Shown here piece after piece: positions 1 through 9,468 of a stretch of 64,000 nt of DNA. Position 1 is the stretch's first letter; every line of letters starts with the position of its first letter. Location of the stretch: assembly GCA_040775045.1 (NCBI GenBank), contig JAXGTH010000001.1, positions 1,117 to 65,116 of the forward strand, given 5' to 3'. Below the pieces are notes generated by a model that saw only the letters and a list, made by a program, of their open reading frames with translations, made no database searches and was not told the DNA's origin. Both the position numbers and the translations under genes were made by a program. This DNA comes from Bacteroidales bacterium. GTDB lineage: Bacteria; Bacteroidota; Bacteroidia; Bacteroidales; B18-G4.

Positions 1-1
1 C

Positions 2-760
2 GGTTTTGAAAACCTGGGATACGGGAAATACAGGAACCTTGTCGACCTTATGGAACACCGTGACCTTGGCGAAAAGACCGTTTTATTCCTTGTGGATGGG
101 ATATGGGGAGGTGAACTTCCGGTGACGGAGCCGGTGAAATGGCAGATCGAGCCCTTCAACGACGACTGGCCAAACTCCATCTTCGTTTCGCAGGACCATG
201 TGGCCATCGAGTCGGTAGGATTTGATTTTGTGAAGGCACAGTTCGACGAATACATCGACATGTACGGTGCCGATGATTACCTCCACCAGGCAGCCGACTC
301 GGCAAACTGGGCCGAAGGCATTACCTATGACCCGGAGAATGACGGGCTGATCATCCCGAGCATGGGGGTGCATGAACACTGGAACAACGATATCGAAAAG
401 GAATATACACGGAACCTGGGCACCGGCGACGGCATTGAGCTGGTTAAGTACCTGGTTACCGGTACAGGTCGGGAGCATTTCGCTGCCGGTCTCAGCGTAA
501 AGGCTTATCCCAATCCTTTCGTAGAAACCGTCAGATTCGAATACAAGCTCGGGGGAACCGCTGATGTCAAGCTTGAGATTTTTGATCAACGGGGGTCGAA
601 ATGCTTTTCGTTACTCCGGAAACATTTGCAGCCGGGGACCCATTCATTCACCTGGGACGGACAGGGCTGCAGCGATGGGGTATATCATTATTGCATCTCC
701 GTTTACCGGGATCATTCGCGGGGAACGGGTAACGGTAAGGTCGTCAAGGCTAGCCGCTGA
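2..760 (+). CDS. Secreted protein, 3' part only (5' end outside the window), ending in a T9SS (Por) C-terminal sorting domain
   Basis: The frame is open from nt 2, with no stop before the first ATG at 50. The last ~80 aa 'KAYPNPFVETVRFEYKL..VKLEIFDQRGSK..LQPGTHSFTWDG' fit the Bacteroidota Por secretion tail pattern. Confidence 0.65.
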   Translation, partial: GFENLGYGKYRNLVDLMEHRDLGEKTVLFLVDGIWGGELPVTEPVKWQIEPFNDDWPNSIFVSQDHVAIESVGFDFVKAQFDEYIDMYGADDYLHQAADSANWAEGITYDPENDGLIIPSMGVHEHWNNDIEKEYTRNLGTGDGIELVKYLVTGTGREHFAAGLSVKAYPNPFVETVRFEYKLGGTADVKLEIFDQRGSKCFSLLRKHLQPGTHSFTWDGQGCSDGVYHYCISVYRDHSRGTGNGKVVKASR

Positions 761-768
761 CAGGCTGC

Positions 769-2016
769 TTACTTTCCTTCCCTGAGGATTTTGAGGCGCA
801 GGTTGTTGAGCGCCGTAAGAGAGGCTACGCGGATATTTCGCAGGCGGTCGTTGCCGAACTGGTGTTTTTTTGCAGATACCCCTTCAGGTCCGGCAACGGC
901 TATCCAGGTTGTCCCGACAGGTTTTTCATCGCTTCCTCCGCCGGGTCCGGCAACACCCGAAACGGCAATGGCATAATCGGTGCCAAACTTCTTCCTTACC
1001 CCCAGGGCCATTTCGATGACCGTTTGTTCACTCACCGCCCCGTGATCGATAAGCGTCTGCTCTTTAACGCCCAGCACGGCGGTTTTTATGTTGTTGGAAT
1101 AGGCGACCACTGAGCCCAGGAAATAATCTGAACTTCCGGCAATGCTTGTGAGCAGGTGGGCAATATAACCTCCGGTACAGCTTTCCGCTGTAGAGAGTGT
1201 AAAACCCCTCTCGCGGAGCAGCCTGCCTGTAACCTCTTCAAGCGTCACTTCTCCCGTACCGAACACATGGTCGGGAATCAGCTTGATCAGGGCAGAGATC
1301 CTTGCATCCATCTCCTCCTCCAGTGCCTGCGGGTCCTTGCCGGAGCCGCTCAGCCTCAGCCTGACGATACCCGGCTGGGGAAGGTAGGCAAGTTTCATGT
1401 TAGGTGGCAGGGCATTTTCCCAATCAGCAATGAGTTCCGCCAGGAATGATTCCCCTAAACCCTGGGTGAGCAGCTTTTTATGGATGATATGAAGCCCTCC
1501 TTTTTTTCCTGCCAGCTTTGGCATCACGTAATTAAGCATCATGGGCTTCATCTCGAAAGGCACACCCGGCATGGAAACATATATTATGCCGTCCTTTTCG
1601 AACCACATGCCGGGGGCCGTACCGTGTTCGTTGATGATAGGTGTGCAATTGTCGGGCACCTCAGCCTGGCGGCGGTTGACCTCACGGACCGGGAATCCAC
1701 GGCTGTAAAACATTTTCTCGATATACCTGAAAGAAGGTTCATGGAATACGAGCCCGGATCCGAAGTATTCGCACAGCGTAAGCTTCGTGATATCGTCTTT
1801 GGTGGGGCCCAGGCCGCCGGTGATGAGGATGACTTCGGCTCGTGACGATGCCTCCCTAAGCGAAGAAAGGATGTCGGACCGGTCATCCCCTATGGTGGTA
1901 ACCCTTACCACCCCGATGCCCGTGAGGCTGAGTTGTTCGGCTATCCAGGAGGCATTGGTGTTCACGACCTGGCCGATCAGCAGTTCATCCCCGATGCTGA
2001 TGATCTCTGCTGTCAT
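769..2016 (-). CDS. cinA: CinA-family competence/damage-inducible protein (MoCF-binding domain plus nicotinamide-nucleotide amidase domain)
   Basis: The N-terminus 'MTAEIISIGDELLIGQVVNTNASWIAEQL' and the C-terminal 'TLSTAESCTGG..VSGVAGPGGG' are the classic CinA/PncC signatures. Confidence 0.9.
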   Translation of the reverse strand: MTAEIISIGDELLIGQVVNTNASWIAEQLSLTGIGVVRVTTIGDDRSDILSSLREASSRAEVILITGGLGPTKDDITKLTLCEYFGSGLVFHEPSFRYIEKMFYSRGFPVREVNRRQAEVPDNCTPIINEHGTAPGMWFEKDGIIYVSMPGVPFEMKPMMLNYVMPKLAGKKGGLHIIHKKLLTQGLGESFLAELIADWENALPPNMKLAYLPQPGIVRLRLSGSGKDPQALEEEMDARISALIKLIPDHVFGTGEVTLEEVTGRLLRERGFTLSTAESCTGGYIAHLLTSIAGSSDYFLGSVVAYSNNIKTAVLGVKEQTLIDHGAVSEQTVIEMALGVRKKFGTDYAIAVSGVAGPGGGSDEKPVGTTWIAVAGPEGVSAKKHQFGNDRLRNIRVASLTALNNLRLKILREGK

Positions 2017-2019
2017 GTC

Positions 2020-2916
2020 CTAGTTGATCATATAGGCAAATCCCAGTTCCCTGGGGATGATCGACATCACGGGAACTTCAGCATTGGTAAGGATATACTG
2101 TGCCGAAGAACCCAGGAAAAGGTCGAAGAGCCCGGCTTCGCGCTGGGTCATGATCATGATCAGGTCGATATCCTGCTGCTCCTTTGCATAGTCGAGGATC
2201 ATGGGGGCCAGGATCTTCGGGGTCCCGCTGCGCTCAATGATCTCCCCTGTACATTCAACGCCTGCCTTGGTGATGAAGGTGGTAACCTGTTTCATCTGCC
2301 GTTGCAACTTGGTAAGGATTGACTTGCTTCCCGTCGACCAGTAAATGGAAACTACCTTGATGACAGATCCGAAGAGTTTTGCCATTTCTATGGCATGGCC
2401 TACCTTTTGCCTGGTCTCCTCCGTAAGGTCAAGGGGCAGCAGTATGCTCCTGCAGCCGTTTACCTTATGGGCATTCTTTACCGTGATCACCGGGCATTCG
2501 GCTTTCTTGATCACCCTGAGGGCATTGTTGCCGATGCTGTTGTTCGGCGAGTCGATCTTCTCGCTGTTGATGCCCTGCACAATGAACTTGGAGCTGAGGA
2601 GGTGCGAACCCTTGAGGATCTTGTCGTGTGCCTTGCCGTGTGAGATCACCGCGCTGACCTTGGTACCTGAACGTCTGGCAGCATCCGCCGCGATCTGCTG
2701 CAGCTGGTCGCGAACCTGGTCCTCGTATTCCTTGCGCATGGTCCTTGACCTTTCACCGCCAAAAGCGGCAAAAAGGCTCTGGTTATCCCTGATCACATGG
2801 AAAAGCGTGATCTCAAGGCCAGTCATCCTGGCCAGGTTGAACGATTCCTCAAGTGCCGCCAGAGAACGGTCCCGAAAATCGGTCGGGACAAGGATGGTAT
2901 TGTAGATGTTTTTCAT
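2020..2916 (-). CDS. Universal stress protein, tandem Usp domains
   Basis: Two Usp-like halves are present: 'ILVPTDFRDRS..ITLFHVI' and 'ILLPLDLTEETR..VVSIY'. Confidence 0.8.
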   Translation of the reverse strand: MKNIYNTILVPTDFRDRSLAALEESFNLARMTGLEITLFHVIRDNQSLFAAFGGERSRTMRKEYEDQVRDQLQQIAADAARRSGTKVSAVISHGKAHDKILKGSHLLSSKFIVQGINSEKIDSPNNSIGNNALRVIKKAECPVITVKNAHKVNGCRSILLPLDLTEETRQKVGHAIEMAKLFGSVIKVVSIYWSTGSKSILTKLQRQMKQVTTFITKAGVECTGEIIERSGTPKILAPMILDYAKEQQDIDLIMIMTQREAGLFDLFLGSSAQYILTNAEVPVMSIIPRELGFAYMIN

Positions 2917-2936
2917 GATCGTTTCGTTACGCGTTG

Positions 2937-2953
2937 CAAAAATATTAATTTTG
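2937..2953. promoter_or_regulatory. Back-to-back divergent Bacteroidota -7 boxes (TATTTTTG on minus strand for usp, TAATTTTG on plus strand for the phosphorylase gene)
   Basis: CAAAAATA at 2937-2944 is the reverse complement of TATTTTTG and lies 20 nt from the usp ATG. TAATTTTG at 2946-2953 lies 4 nt from ATG 2958. Both match the TAnnTTTG consensus. Confidence 0.45.
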
Positions 2954-2957
2954 TGTG

Positions 2958-3833
2958 ATGAAGCGCCTGAATGAATCGGAATTGATCATCAACCCCGACG
3001 GGAGCCTTTATCATATCCACCTCCGCCCGGAGCACCTTGCCAGGAAGATCATCCTCGTCGGCGATCCCCAGCGGGTACCCATGGTCTCATCGTATTTCGA
3101 CAAGGTCGAATTCGTCTTCGAGAACCGCGAGATCGTCACACATACGGGATACCTCAACAAAGTAAGGCTTACCGTAATGTCGACCGGCATGGGTACCGAC
3201 AACATCGATATTGTCATGAACGAGCTGGATGCGCTGGTCAATGTCAACCTTATCACCCGTACGGTAAAAGAAAAACACACCAGTCTGGATATTGTTCGGC
3301 TGGGCACTTCAGGGGCCATGCAACAGGATGTGCCGGTCGATTCGTTTGCCGTGGCCACGCATGGCCTTGGCATTGACGGGCTGATCCATTTTTACAGGCA
3401 TCCTTATGTATGCGACAACCGGATGACCAATGCCTTCGTCAGGCAGACCCGCTGGCCGAAGGCCTTATCGATCCCATACGCGGTAAAGGGTTCCCCTGAG
3501 CTGGCCGGACTTTTCAAGGAAGGCTTCCACAGGGGGATCACCATCACGGCCCCGGGGTTTTACGGCCCCCAGGGGCGGCAACTCAGGCTGCAGACAGCTT
3601 TCCCAGACCTTAATCGCAGGATCTCTGCATTTCATTACCACGGCAAAAGGATCATCAATTTCGAGATGGAAACCTCTGCCCTCTATGCGCTGGGAAGGAT
3701 GCTGGGGCATAACACCCTTACGGTTTGCTCTGTCCTTGCCAACAGGATGACGGAAACCTATTCGCGAAATCCCAAGGCTGCCATCAGGAAGCTCACCGGG
3801 ATACTGCTTGAAAAGCTTACGGAAAAGGGTTGA
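2958..3833 (+). CDS. Nucleoside phosphorylase, PNP/UDP family 1 (uridine/purine nucleoside phosphorylase-like)
   Basis: Family-like motifs are 'ILVGDPQRV', 'MSTGMGTDNIDIVMNEL', 'VRLGTSGA' and 'EMETSALY'. The ORF track starts at GTG 2955; ATG 2958 is preferred. Confidence 0.8.
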   Translation: MKRLNESELIINPDGSLYHIHLRPEHLARKIILVGDPQRVPMVSSYFDKVEFVFENREIVTHTGYLNKVRLTVMSTGMGTDNIDIVMNELDALVNVNLITRTVKEKHTSLDIVRLGTSGAMQQDVPVDSFAVATHGLGIDGLIHFYRHPYVCDNRMTNAFVRQTRWPKALSIPYAVKGSPELAGLFKEGFHRGITITAPGFYGPQGRQLRLQTAFPDLNRRISAFHYHGKRIINFEMETSALYALGRMLGHNTLTVCSVLANRMTETYSRNPKAAIRKLTGILLEKLTEKG

Positions 3834-3858
3834 TTTTCAGGAATGACAGATAATCCTG

Positions 3859-4698
3859 CTAAATGCCTTCTTTTATTTTAGTGCCCGTGAGCAACTGGTC
3901 GACATTGTGAGGGATGTAATTTCTGATGATGTTGCCCACCATGTTCACATAATCCTGCCCCTTGACGGAGTACCTGCTCAGGCCTGCAGCCAGGGCGAGC
4001 GGTTCGATGGGTTTCTTTTCCTCCCTGAACTGCAGCCTTGCATCACGGAGGCCGCGATACGCATGCCCTGTATTCAGGATCCAGAGATAATCCTCTATAC
4101 CGGCCATCTCTGTCGGATAGGTCTTTACGTAGAACGCTGCGCTGTCGTTAGCCGCGGGCTTCACGCCGCAGCCTTCTGTATAGCAGTGCACGCCGAAATA
4201 ATTATTGCCTTCCCTGGCAAAATCGGAGCTGCCCCAGCCCGACTCTATGATGGCCTGTGCCATCACCAGGGTGGGAGGGATGATATCTGCCCTCTTGAGC
4301 AGGTGCGTGATGGCTTGTCCGACAGCAGCCGGCTGATAAGTTTCTGCCGGCTGCAGCGGATCCAGGCGGTACTCCTTCAGAAGGGCGTTGAGCTCTCCGA
4401 TCTGGCGCTCACTCAGCCCCTCATGTTCATCCAGGCTGTCGCTCAGGTCGAGAATGCGGTTGCGCTGGACAAGGATCTGGTTGTTTGCCGTGTGGATCTC
4501 GGGCAGGAACCTGGCAAGGAATCGTTTGTGGGATAGGGGGATCTCCCTGATCGTTGTGATCTTTTCTGCATCCACCGGCAAGGGATCGATGATCTCATGA
4601 CGGGGCGAAGGCCTGGCGCAGGAGATCAGCAGGACTGGTAGGATGAACAAAATACCCTGTTTAAATGTCCGTTGATAATGTGCACTGAATTTTTTCAA
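3859..4698 (-). CDS. Lipoprotein with mannosyl-glycoprotein endo-beta-N-acetylglucosaminidase (glucosaminidase/FlgJ-like) domain
   Basis: A lipobox-like 'LLISCARP' is present, along with 'AQAIIESGWGSSDFAREGNNYFGV'. The apparent start codon is TTG. Confidence 0.75.
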   Translation of the reverse strand: MKKFSAHYQRTFKQGILFILPVLLISCARPSPRHEIIDPLPVDAEKITTIREIPLSHKRFLARFLPEIHTANNQILVQRNRILDLSDSLDEHEGLSERQIGELNALLKEYRLDPLQPAETYQPAAVGQAITHLLKRADIIPPTLVMAQAIIESGWGSSDFAREGNNYFGVHCYTEGCGVKPAANDSAAFYVKTYPTEMAGIEDYLWILNTGHAYRGLRDARLQFREEKKPIEPLALAAGLSRYSVKGQDYVNMVGNIIRNYIPHNVDQLLTGTKIKEGI

Positions 4699-4716
4699 AA
4701 TGGCACGATTAAGTAT

Positions 4717-4724
4717 TAATTTTG
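4717..4724 (+). promoter_or_regulatory. Candidate -7 box TAATTTTG
   Basis: It matches TAnnTTTG and lies 64 nt upstream of ATG 4788. Confidence 0.3.
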
Positions 4725-4787
4725 GTTACAATAATAACTAAAATCACATTCGCAATATAACTTCAAAAAGAACGGGAAATTGTTTCC

Positions 4788-5660
4788 ATGTCAACAACTG
4801 ATCAAAATAAGGAGTTGAAGGCGCTTGTAAGCATGCTGGATGAACCGGACAGTTTGGTCTACGATCAGATAAGGTCCAGGATCCATGCCTTTGGCATGGA
4901 TGCCATTCCCGTGCTTGAGGCCAGATGGGAGGATTCGTTTGATCCCCTTTTGCAGGAACGCATCGAAGAGATCATCCACAGGATACATTTCGACGACCTG
5001 CAGGCGGCCCTTTCAAGCTGGGTACAGCTTGGGAACGACGATCTGTTGAAAGGATTCATGATGGTTGCCCGTTACCAGTATCCGGATATAAATGCGGAAA
5101 AGGTTATAAAGCAGGTAGGCCAGCTGGTGCAGGATGTATGGCTGGAGCTCAACAGTAGCCTGACCGCCCTGGAAAAGATCAAGGTCGTTAACCATATCCT
5201 TTTCGATGTGCACAAATACAAGGGCAACAAAAGCAATATCAAGAGCCCCGACAATCTTTACCTGAATACCCTCCTCGAGACCAAAAAGGGGAACCCGCTT
5301 TCGATAGGGATCCTATACATCATCATTGCCCGAAGCCTTAAACTGCCGGTGTATGGTGTCGACCTTCCCAACCATTTTGTGCTGGCCTATCTTGAGGATT
5401 TCCCGGGTAGCGACGAAAGTCCCGACCAGGTCAACGCCCTTTTCTATATCAATCCCTTCAACAGGGGAACATTGTTCACCCATAACGAGATAGAGGCCTA
5501 TATCCGGCAGATGAACCTGCCGCACAACGAGACCTATTTCAATCCATGCACCAACATCACGATCATCAGGCGGGTGTTCGATGAATTGATCGACCTGCAC
5601 GAGATGCTGGGGAATAAGGGTAAAGTCGAGGAGCTGAAGAAACTGGCTGCAGTACTCTAG
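4788..5660 (+). CDS. Transglutaminase-like / SirB1-family protein
   Basis: 'KGNPLSIGILYIIIARSLKLPVYGVDLPNHFVLAY' resembles the Transglut_core2/SirB1 N-terminal region. Confidence 0.6.
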   Translation: MSTTDQNKELKALVSMLDEPDSLVYDQIRSRIHAFGMDAIPVLEARWEDSFDPLLQERIEEIIHRIHFDDLQAALSSWVQLGNDDLLKGFMMVARYQYPDINAEKVIKQVGQLVQDVWLELNSSLTALEKIKVVNHILFDVHKYKGNKSNIKSPDNLYLNTLLETKKGNPLSIGILYIIIARSLKLPVYGVDLPNHFVLAYLEDFPGSDESPDQVNALFYINPFNRGTLFTHNEIEAYIRQMNLPHNETYFNPCTNITIIRRVFDELIDLHEMLGNKGKVEELKKLAAVL

Positions 5661-5664
5661 TTGG

Positions 5665-6264
5665 TCATTTCCTGTTGCCAAAAATGCTGCCGATGGTTCT
5701 CATGATGATGCTGATATCTTTGGCCAGCGATCGTTCCCGTATGTATTTGAGGTTGAGTTCGAGCTTGGCCGGCATGATCTCCCGGACATAGGTGTTTTCC
5801 GGATCCCGGCTGGCTGCAAGCATTTCGGGTTCATCAATATAACGCAGTGAGGCATAGTCGGTCAGGCCGGGCCGTACGCTTAATACCTTTTTTTGTTCTT
5901 CGTCGTAAAGATCCACATACTTCCTCACTTCCGGCCTCGGTCCCACGAAACTCATATGGCCTGCCAGGATGTTGAAAAGCTGGGGCAGTTCATCAAGCTT
6001 GGTTTTCCTGAGCAGCCTGCCTGCGCGTGTTACACGGGGGTCATTGCCACCGAGGGTGAGCAGGCCCCGGGTGTCGGAACCCGGTACCATGGTCCGGAAC
6101 TTGTACATCCTGAAATCGCGGTTACCCCTGCCGACCCTTATCTGGGAATAGACCATCCCGCCCCGCGAACCGGCCCATACCCACAAGCCAATGATCATGA
6201 ACAGGGGCAGGAGCAACAGGATGGCGAACAGCGAAAGGACAATATCGAAGACCCGTTTGATCAT
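5665..6264 (-). CDS. Polyprenyl-phosphate sugar-phosphate transferase (small PglC/WbaP C-terminal type)
   Basis: There is one N-terminal TM helix, and the bacterial sugar transferase motifs 'YKFRTM', '[18 protein letters not shown]' are present. Confidence 0.85.
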   Translation of the reverse strand: MIKRVFDIVLSLFAILLLLPLFMIIGLWVWAGSRGGMVYSQIRVGRGNRDFRMYKFRTMVPGSDTRGLLTLGGNDPRVTRAGRLLRKTKLDELPQLFNILAGHMSFVGPRPEVRKYVDLYDEEQKKVLSVRPGLTDYASLRYIDEPEMLAASRDPENTYVREIMPAKLELNLKYIRERSLAKDISIIMRTIGSIFGNRK

Positions 6265-7475
6265 AGGCCGGTTTCTTCTTCAACCGATGAAACCACGGCA
6301 GAGATCACCTCATCAACCTGGGCATCGGTGAGATCGTAATAGACAGGAAGGGATATGACCCTGCTGAAGCTGTCGTGGCTTACCGGGTAATCACCGATCC
6401 GGTAACCTTCATTCTTATAAAAGCTCAGCAGTGGCAGCGGGATGAAGTGTACATTCACCGAAACCCCCCGCGAAAAGATCCTGCTGATGATGCGGTCGCG
6501 CTGCTCTTCGCCGATGCCTTTCACCCTGAGCAGGTACACATGGTAGGAGGAGTGCCTTGAAGGATCCTCATATGGCGGTACAATGGCCCACGGCTTCCCT
6601 GAAAATGCATGGCTGTAGCGGTCGAAGATGGCCTTGCGGCGAGGGATCATGTCATCGTCATAACGTTCGAGTTCCACGATGCCCATGGCCGCCTGTATGT
6701 CGGTCATATTGTATTTGTATCCCGGTTCGATCACATCGTATTTCCAGTTCCCGGCCTGTGATTTTGCCAGTGCATCCTTGGTTTGTCCGTGAAGGGATTT
6801 TATGCAGAGATAGTTGTAGATATCCTGGTTGCTGAAGGGCGCGGGCAGGTTAAGGCAGATGGCTCCCCCCTCGGCCGTGGTCAGGTTTTTCACGGCGTGG
6901 AAAGAAAATACCGTGATATCCGTCAGCATGCCTGTTTTCTTACCGTTCAATGCCGCTCCGACAGAGTGCGCCGCGTCGGACAGCACCAGGATACGGCCAA
7001 GTTTTTCCTGCTCGGGGCCCGAAGGGACGAACATTTTCCTGATGCCCTCTTCGGCCACCAGGGCATTGATCTTCTCATAGTCGCAGGGCAGGCCGGCAAG
7101 GTCAACGGGGACGATCACCTTGGTTGAAGGGCTGATGGCTTCGCGTATGCGGTTCACATTGATGTTGAAGTCGTCGCCGATGTCGGCCAGCACGGGCCTG
7201 GCACCGCAATGTATCACTACATTTGCCGTTGCGGAATAGGTATAGGCCGGAACGATCACCTCGTCGCCCGGGCCCACACCAAACCAGCGCAGCATGAGTT
7301 CCAGCCCCGACGAGGCTGAATTTACACACAAAGTGGCTTCGTGCCCGCAATAGGCACTGATCATTTTTTCGAACTTCTTGGTGCGCGGGCCTGTAGTGAT
7401 CCAGCCCGACCGAAGGGCGTCGCTGACCTCATCGATGATCTTCTCGTCGATGCGGGGAGGAGAAAAGGGTATCAT
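6261..7475 (-). CDS. DegT/DnrJ/EryC1/StrS-family sugar aminotransferase (PglE-like)
   Basis: Family motifs are 'SGWITTGPRTKKFE', 'DAAHSVGA' and 'FSFHAVKNLTTAEGG' (PLP lysine context). The gene overlaps the downstream transferase by 4 nt. Confidence 0.85.
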   Translation of the reverse strand: MIPFSPPRIDEKIIDEVSDALRSGWITTGPRTKKFEKMISAYCGHEATLCVNSASSGLELMLRWFGVGPGDEVIVPAYTYSATANVVIHCGARPVLADIGDDFNINVNRIREAISPSTKVIVPVDLAGLPCDYEKINALVAEEGIRKMFVPSGPEQEKLGRILVLSDAAHSVGAALNGKKTGMLTDITVFSFHAVKNLTTAEGGAICLNLPAPFSNQDIYNYLCIKSLHGQTKDALAKSQAGNWKYDVIEPGYKYNMTDIQAAMGIVELERYDDDMIPRRKAIFDRYSHAFSGKPWAIVPPYEDPSRHSSYHVYLLRVKGIGEEQRDRIISRIFSRGVSVNVHFIPLPLLSFYKNEGYRIGDYPVSHDSFSRVISLPVYYDLTDAQVDEVISAVVSSVEEETGL

Positions 7476-7484
7476 GTCAGTAAG

Positions 7485-8438
7485 TTATTTCTTGTAGGAT
7501 GAAAGGAAATCATTGATGTTCCTTTCCACACGCCCGACCACATCAGTGACATCCGCCCTGACGAACGTATCGCCGGTGATCTTTTCAAAAAGCTCAATAT
7601 AACGGTCAGAGACAGAGTTCACGAATTCATCAGGCATTTGGGGCATTTCCTGTCCCTTCTGTCCCATGAAGCCTTTCGACATCAGCCATTCCCTGACGAA
7701 TTCCTTGCTGAGTTGTTTCTGTTGTTCACCCCTGGCCTGACGTTCCTCGTAACCGTCGAGGTAAAAATATCTTGATGAGTCGGGGGTGTGGATTTCGTCG
7801 ATCAGGTAAATCCTGTCGCCGATCTTCCCGAACTCGTATTTGGTGTCGACGAGGATCAGCCCCATCTCCCTGGCTATTTCCGAACCCCTGCGGAAAAGTT
7901 CCCTGGTGTATTTATCGAGGAGCAGATAGTCTTCCTCGGTAACAAGCCCCTGCCTGATGATCTCCTCTGCCGAGATGTCTTCATCGTGCGCACCGTCGAC
8001 GGCTTTGGTGGTAGGCGTGACGATGGGTTCGGGGAAGGCCTGGTGTTCCTTCATCCCGTCGGGGATGGGTACGCCGCAGATCTCCCTTGCCCCTTTGCTG
8101 TATGTGCGCCAGGAACTCCCGGTAAGATAGCCGCGAATGATCATTTCCACGGGAAAAGGTTTGCAAAAGCGTCCCACCGTGACCATGGGGTCGGGTACCG
8201 CCAGTTTCCAGTTGGGAACGATATCGGCCGTGGCATCGAGGAAACGGGCTGCGATCTGGTTCAGCACCTGGCCTTTGAAAGGAATGCCCTTTGGCAGCAC
8301 CACGTCGAAGGCCGAGATACGGTCGGTAACGACCATCACCATCAACTCATCGTCGATATTGTAAACATCGCGTACCTTCCCCTTGTAAACGCTCTTTTGT
8401 CCGGGGAAATTGAAATCTGTCCGGGTAATAGTGTTCAT
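7485..8438 (-). CDS. purC: Phosphoribosylaminoimidazole-succinocarboxamide (SAICAR) synthase
   Basis: The product starts '[26 protein letters not shown]...DRISAFD'. I trimmed the start from the 397-aa ORF to ATG 8438 because the longer form overlaps the lipoprotein gene and contains the -7 box. Confidence 0.9.
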   Translation of the reverse strand: MNTITRTDFNFPGQKSVYKGKVRDVYNIDDELMVMVVTDRISAFDVVLPKGIPFKGQVLNQIAARFLDATADIVPNWKLAVPDPMVTVGRFCKPFPVEMIIRGYLTGSSWRTYSKGAREICGVPIPDGMKEHQAFPEPIVTPTTKAVDGAHDEDISAEEIIRQGLVTEEDYLLLDKYTRELFRRGSEIAREMGLILVDTKYEFGKIGDRIYLIDEIHTPDSSRYFYLDGYEERQARGEQQKQLSKEFVREWLMSKGFMGQKGQEMPQMPDEFVNSVSDRYIELFEKITGDTFVRADVTDVVGRVERNINDFLSSYKK

Positions 8439-8459
8439 CTTTGCAGTGTTTTTACCCTG

Positions 8460-8467
8460 CAAAAATA
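8460..8467 (-). promoter_or_regulatory. Candidate -7 box TATTTTTG for purC
   Basis: CAAAAATA on the plus strand is TATTTTTG on the minus strand, 21 nt upstream of ATG 8438. Confidence 0.45.
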
Positions 8468-8508
8468 GCGGAAATAGTTCAATCTGCCAATATGTATTCA
8501 GAAAGGCC

Positions 8509-8913
8509 CTATTCGCCCAGGCCCAGCTTATTGAGCCCCTCTTCAACCTTGTCGGAGATCTCCTCGAACCTTTTCTGGTAGGCTTCCTTCGAAGCGCATT
8601 CCACATAGTTGGTCCAGTCGGCACCCCAGGTCGAAAGCTCTTCTGCCAGTTTGGTGTAGTCCTGTGAAAGTTCGACATTTGTCGGATCCTTGATCCAGGC
8701 CTCCACCACCTTCAGGTAGTCGTCGGTCCACTGGTCGTACTTGTCAAGGAAATCATCGCAGTCCTTGATGGTGGCATCGCCGGCTTCCATGCTTTCTTCC
8801 GTTTGCCCGGTGGCTGCCGTTTCATCGCTGCTTTCGGTTTGTTGTTCGGTACTTCCCCCGCAGGAAAAGAGGAAGAATCCCATCATGAGGAACAGGTAAT
8901 AGTACTTTTTCAT
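8509..8913 (-). CDS. Small acidic lipoprotein, unknown function
   Basis: It has the signal/lipobox '[14 protein letters not shown]'. I recognised no domain. Confidence 0.6.
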   Translation of the reverse strand: MKKYYYLFLMMGFFLFSCGGSTEQQTESSDETAATGQTEESMEAGDATIKDCDDFLDKYDQWTDDYLKVVEAWIKDPTNVELSQDYTKLAEELSTWGADWTNYVECASKEAYQKRFEEISDKVEEGLNKLGLGE

Positions 8914-9005
8914 AAATCAGTTTTGTTTGGGTTAATAAGTCCTGGCAAACGCTTCAGGAAAGTGTAAATATACATTAAAATAAACTGAATATCAAAAATG
9001 CGGGA

Positions 9006-9419
9006 TCATTTGATCCTGCTGATCATTTCCCTCGAAGGGTCGAAAAGGAATATCCTGTGGAATTCACTCTCGAATTGCCAGCTTCCGGTATTCTGGTGGA
9101 TCATCACATCTCCGGGCCCTTCGAGGATGATGATGAGCCAGTATTGATCCATACGTCGTTTCCTGTAAAGCTTCAGTTTGCCGTTCTTCCTGGCAATGCA
9201 TTCATCAATGGCCTCTTTTGTGAGGTAACGGCCATGGGCCTGGTTGATGATGATACTGGTAAGTTCTATTCCCGTGTTTGTTTTCCGGCTGCCGGCAAGG
9301 ATAAAGTCCGGCGACTCGGCCGGGATGATCTTACCGCCGACGTGCTCATCGTACAGGTTGAGAAACCTGTCGAGCCAGGCTCTTTCGGCACGCTTTTTTA
9401 TGTCCTGCTGGTCAGCCAT
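9006..9419 (-). CDS. Hypothetical protein (137 aa)
   Basis: An unassigned ORF on the same strand as phoH, immediately downstream of it. No family recognised. Confidence 0.45.
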   Translation of the reverse strand: MADQQDIKKRAERAWLDRFLNLYDEHVGGKIIPAESPDFILAGSRKTNTGIELTSIIINQAHGRYLTKEAIDECIARKNGKLKLYRKRRMDQYWLIIILEGPGDVMIHQNTGSWQFESEFHRIFLFDPSREMISRIK

Positions 9420-9468
9420 AACGTGTGAACCTTACTTCCCTGTCCGCTTATTCCCTGCCTGTTGCGGC

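Noticed and set aside
8439-8678. An 80-codon N-terminal extension of purC in the ORF track (397-aa model).
   Set aside because: The extension is Arg/Pro/Trp-rich with no PurC similarity and overlaps the 8509-8913 lipoprotein gene. It also contains the predicted -7 box at 8460-8467. The conserved PurC N-terminus begins at ATG 8438.
9006-9419. The 137-aa hypothetical protein as a PD-(D/E)xK nuclease ('PDFIL ... IELT').
   Set aside because: The motif lacks the Lys of the (D/E)xK element, and nothing else supports the fold. I left it as hypothetical.
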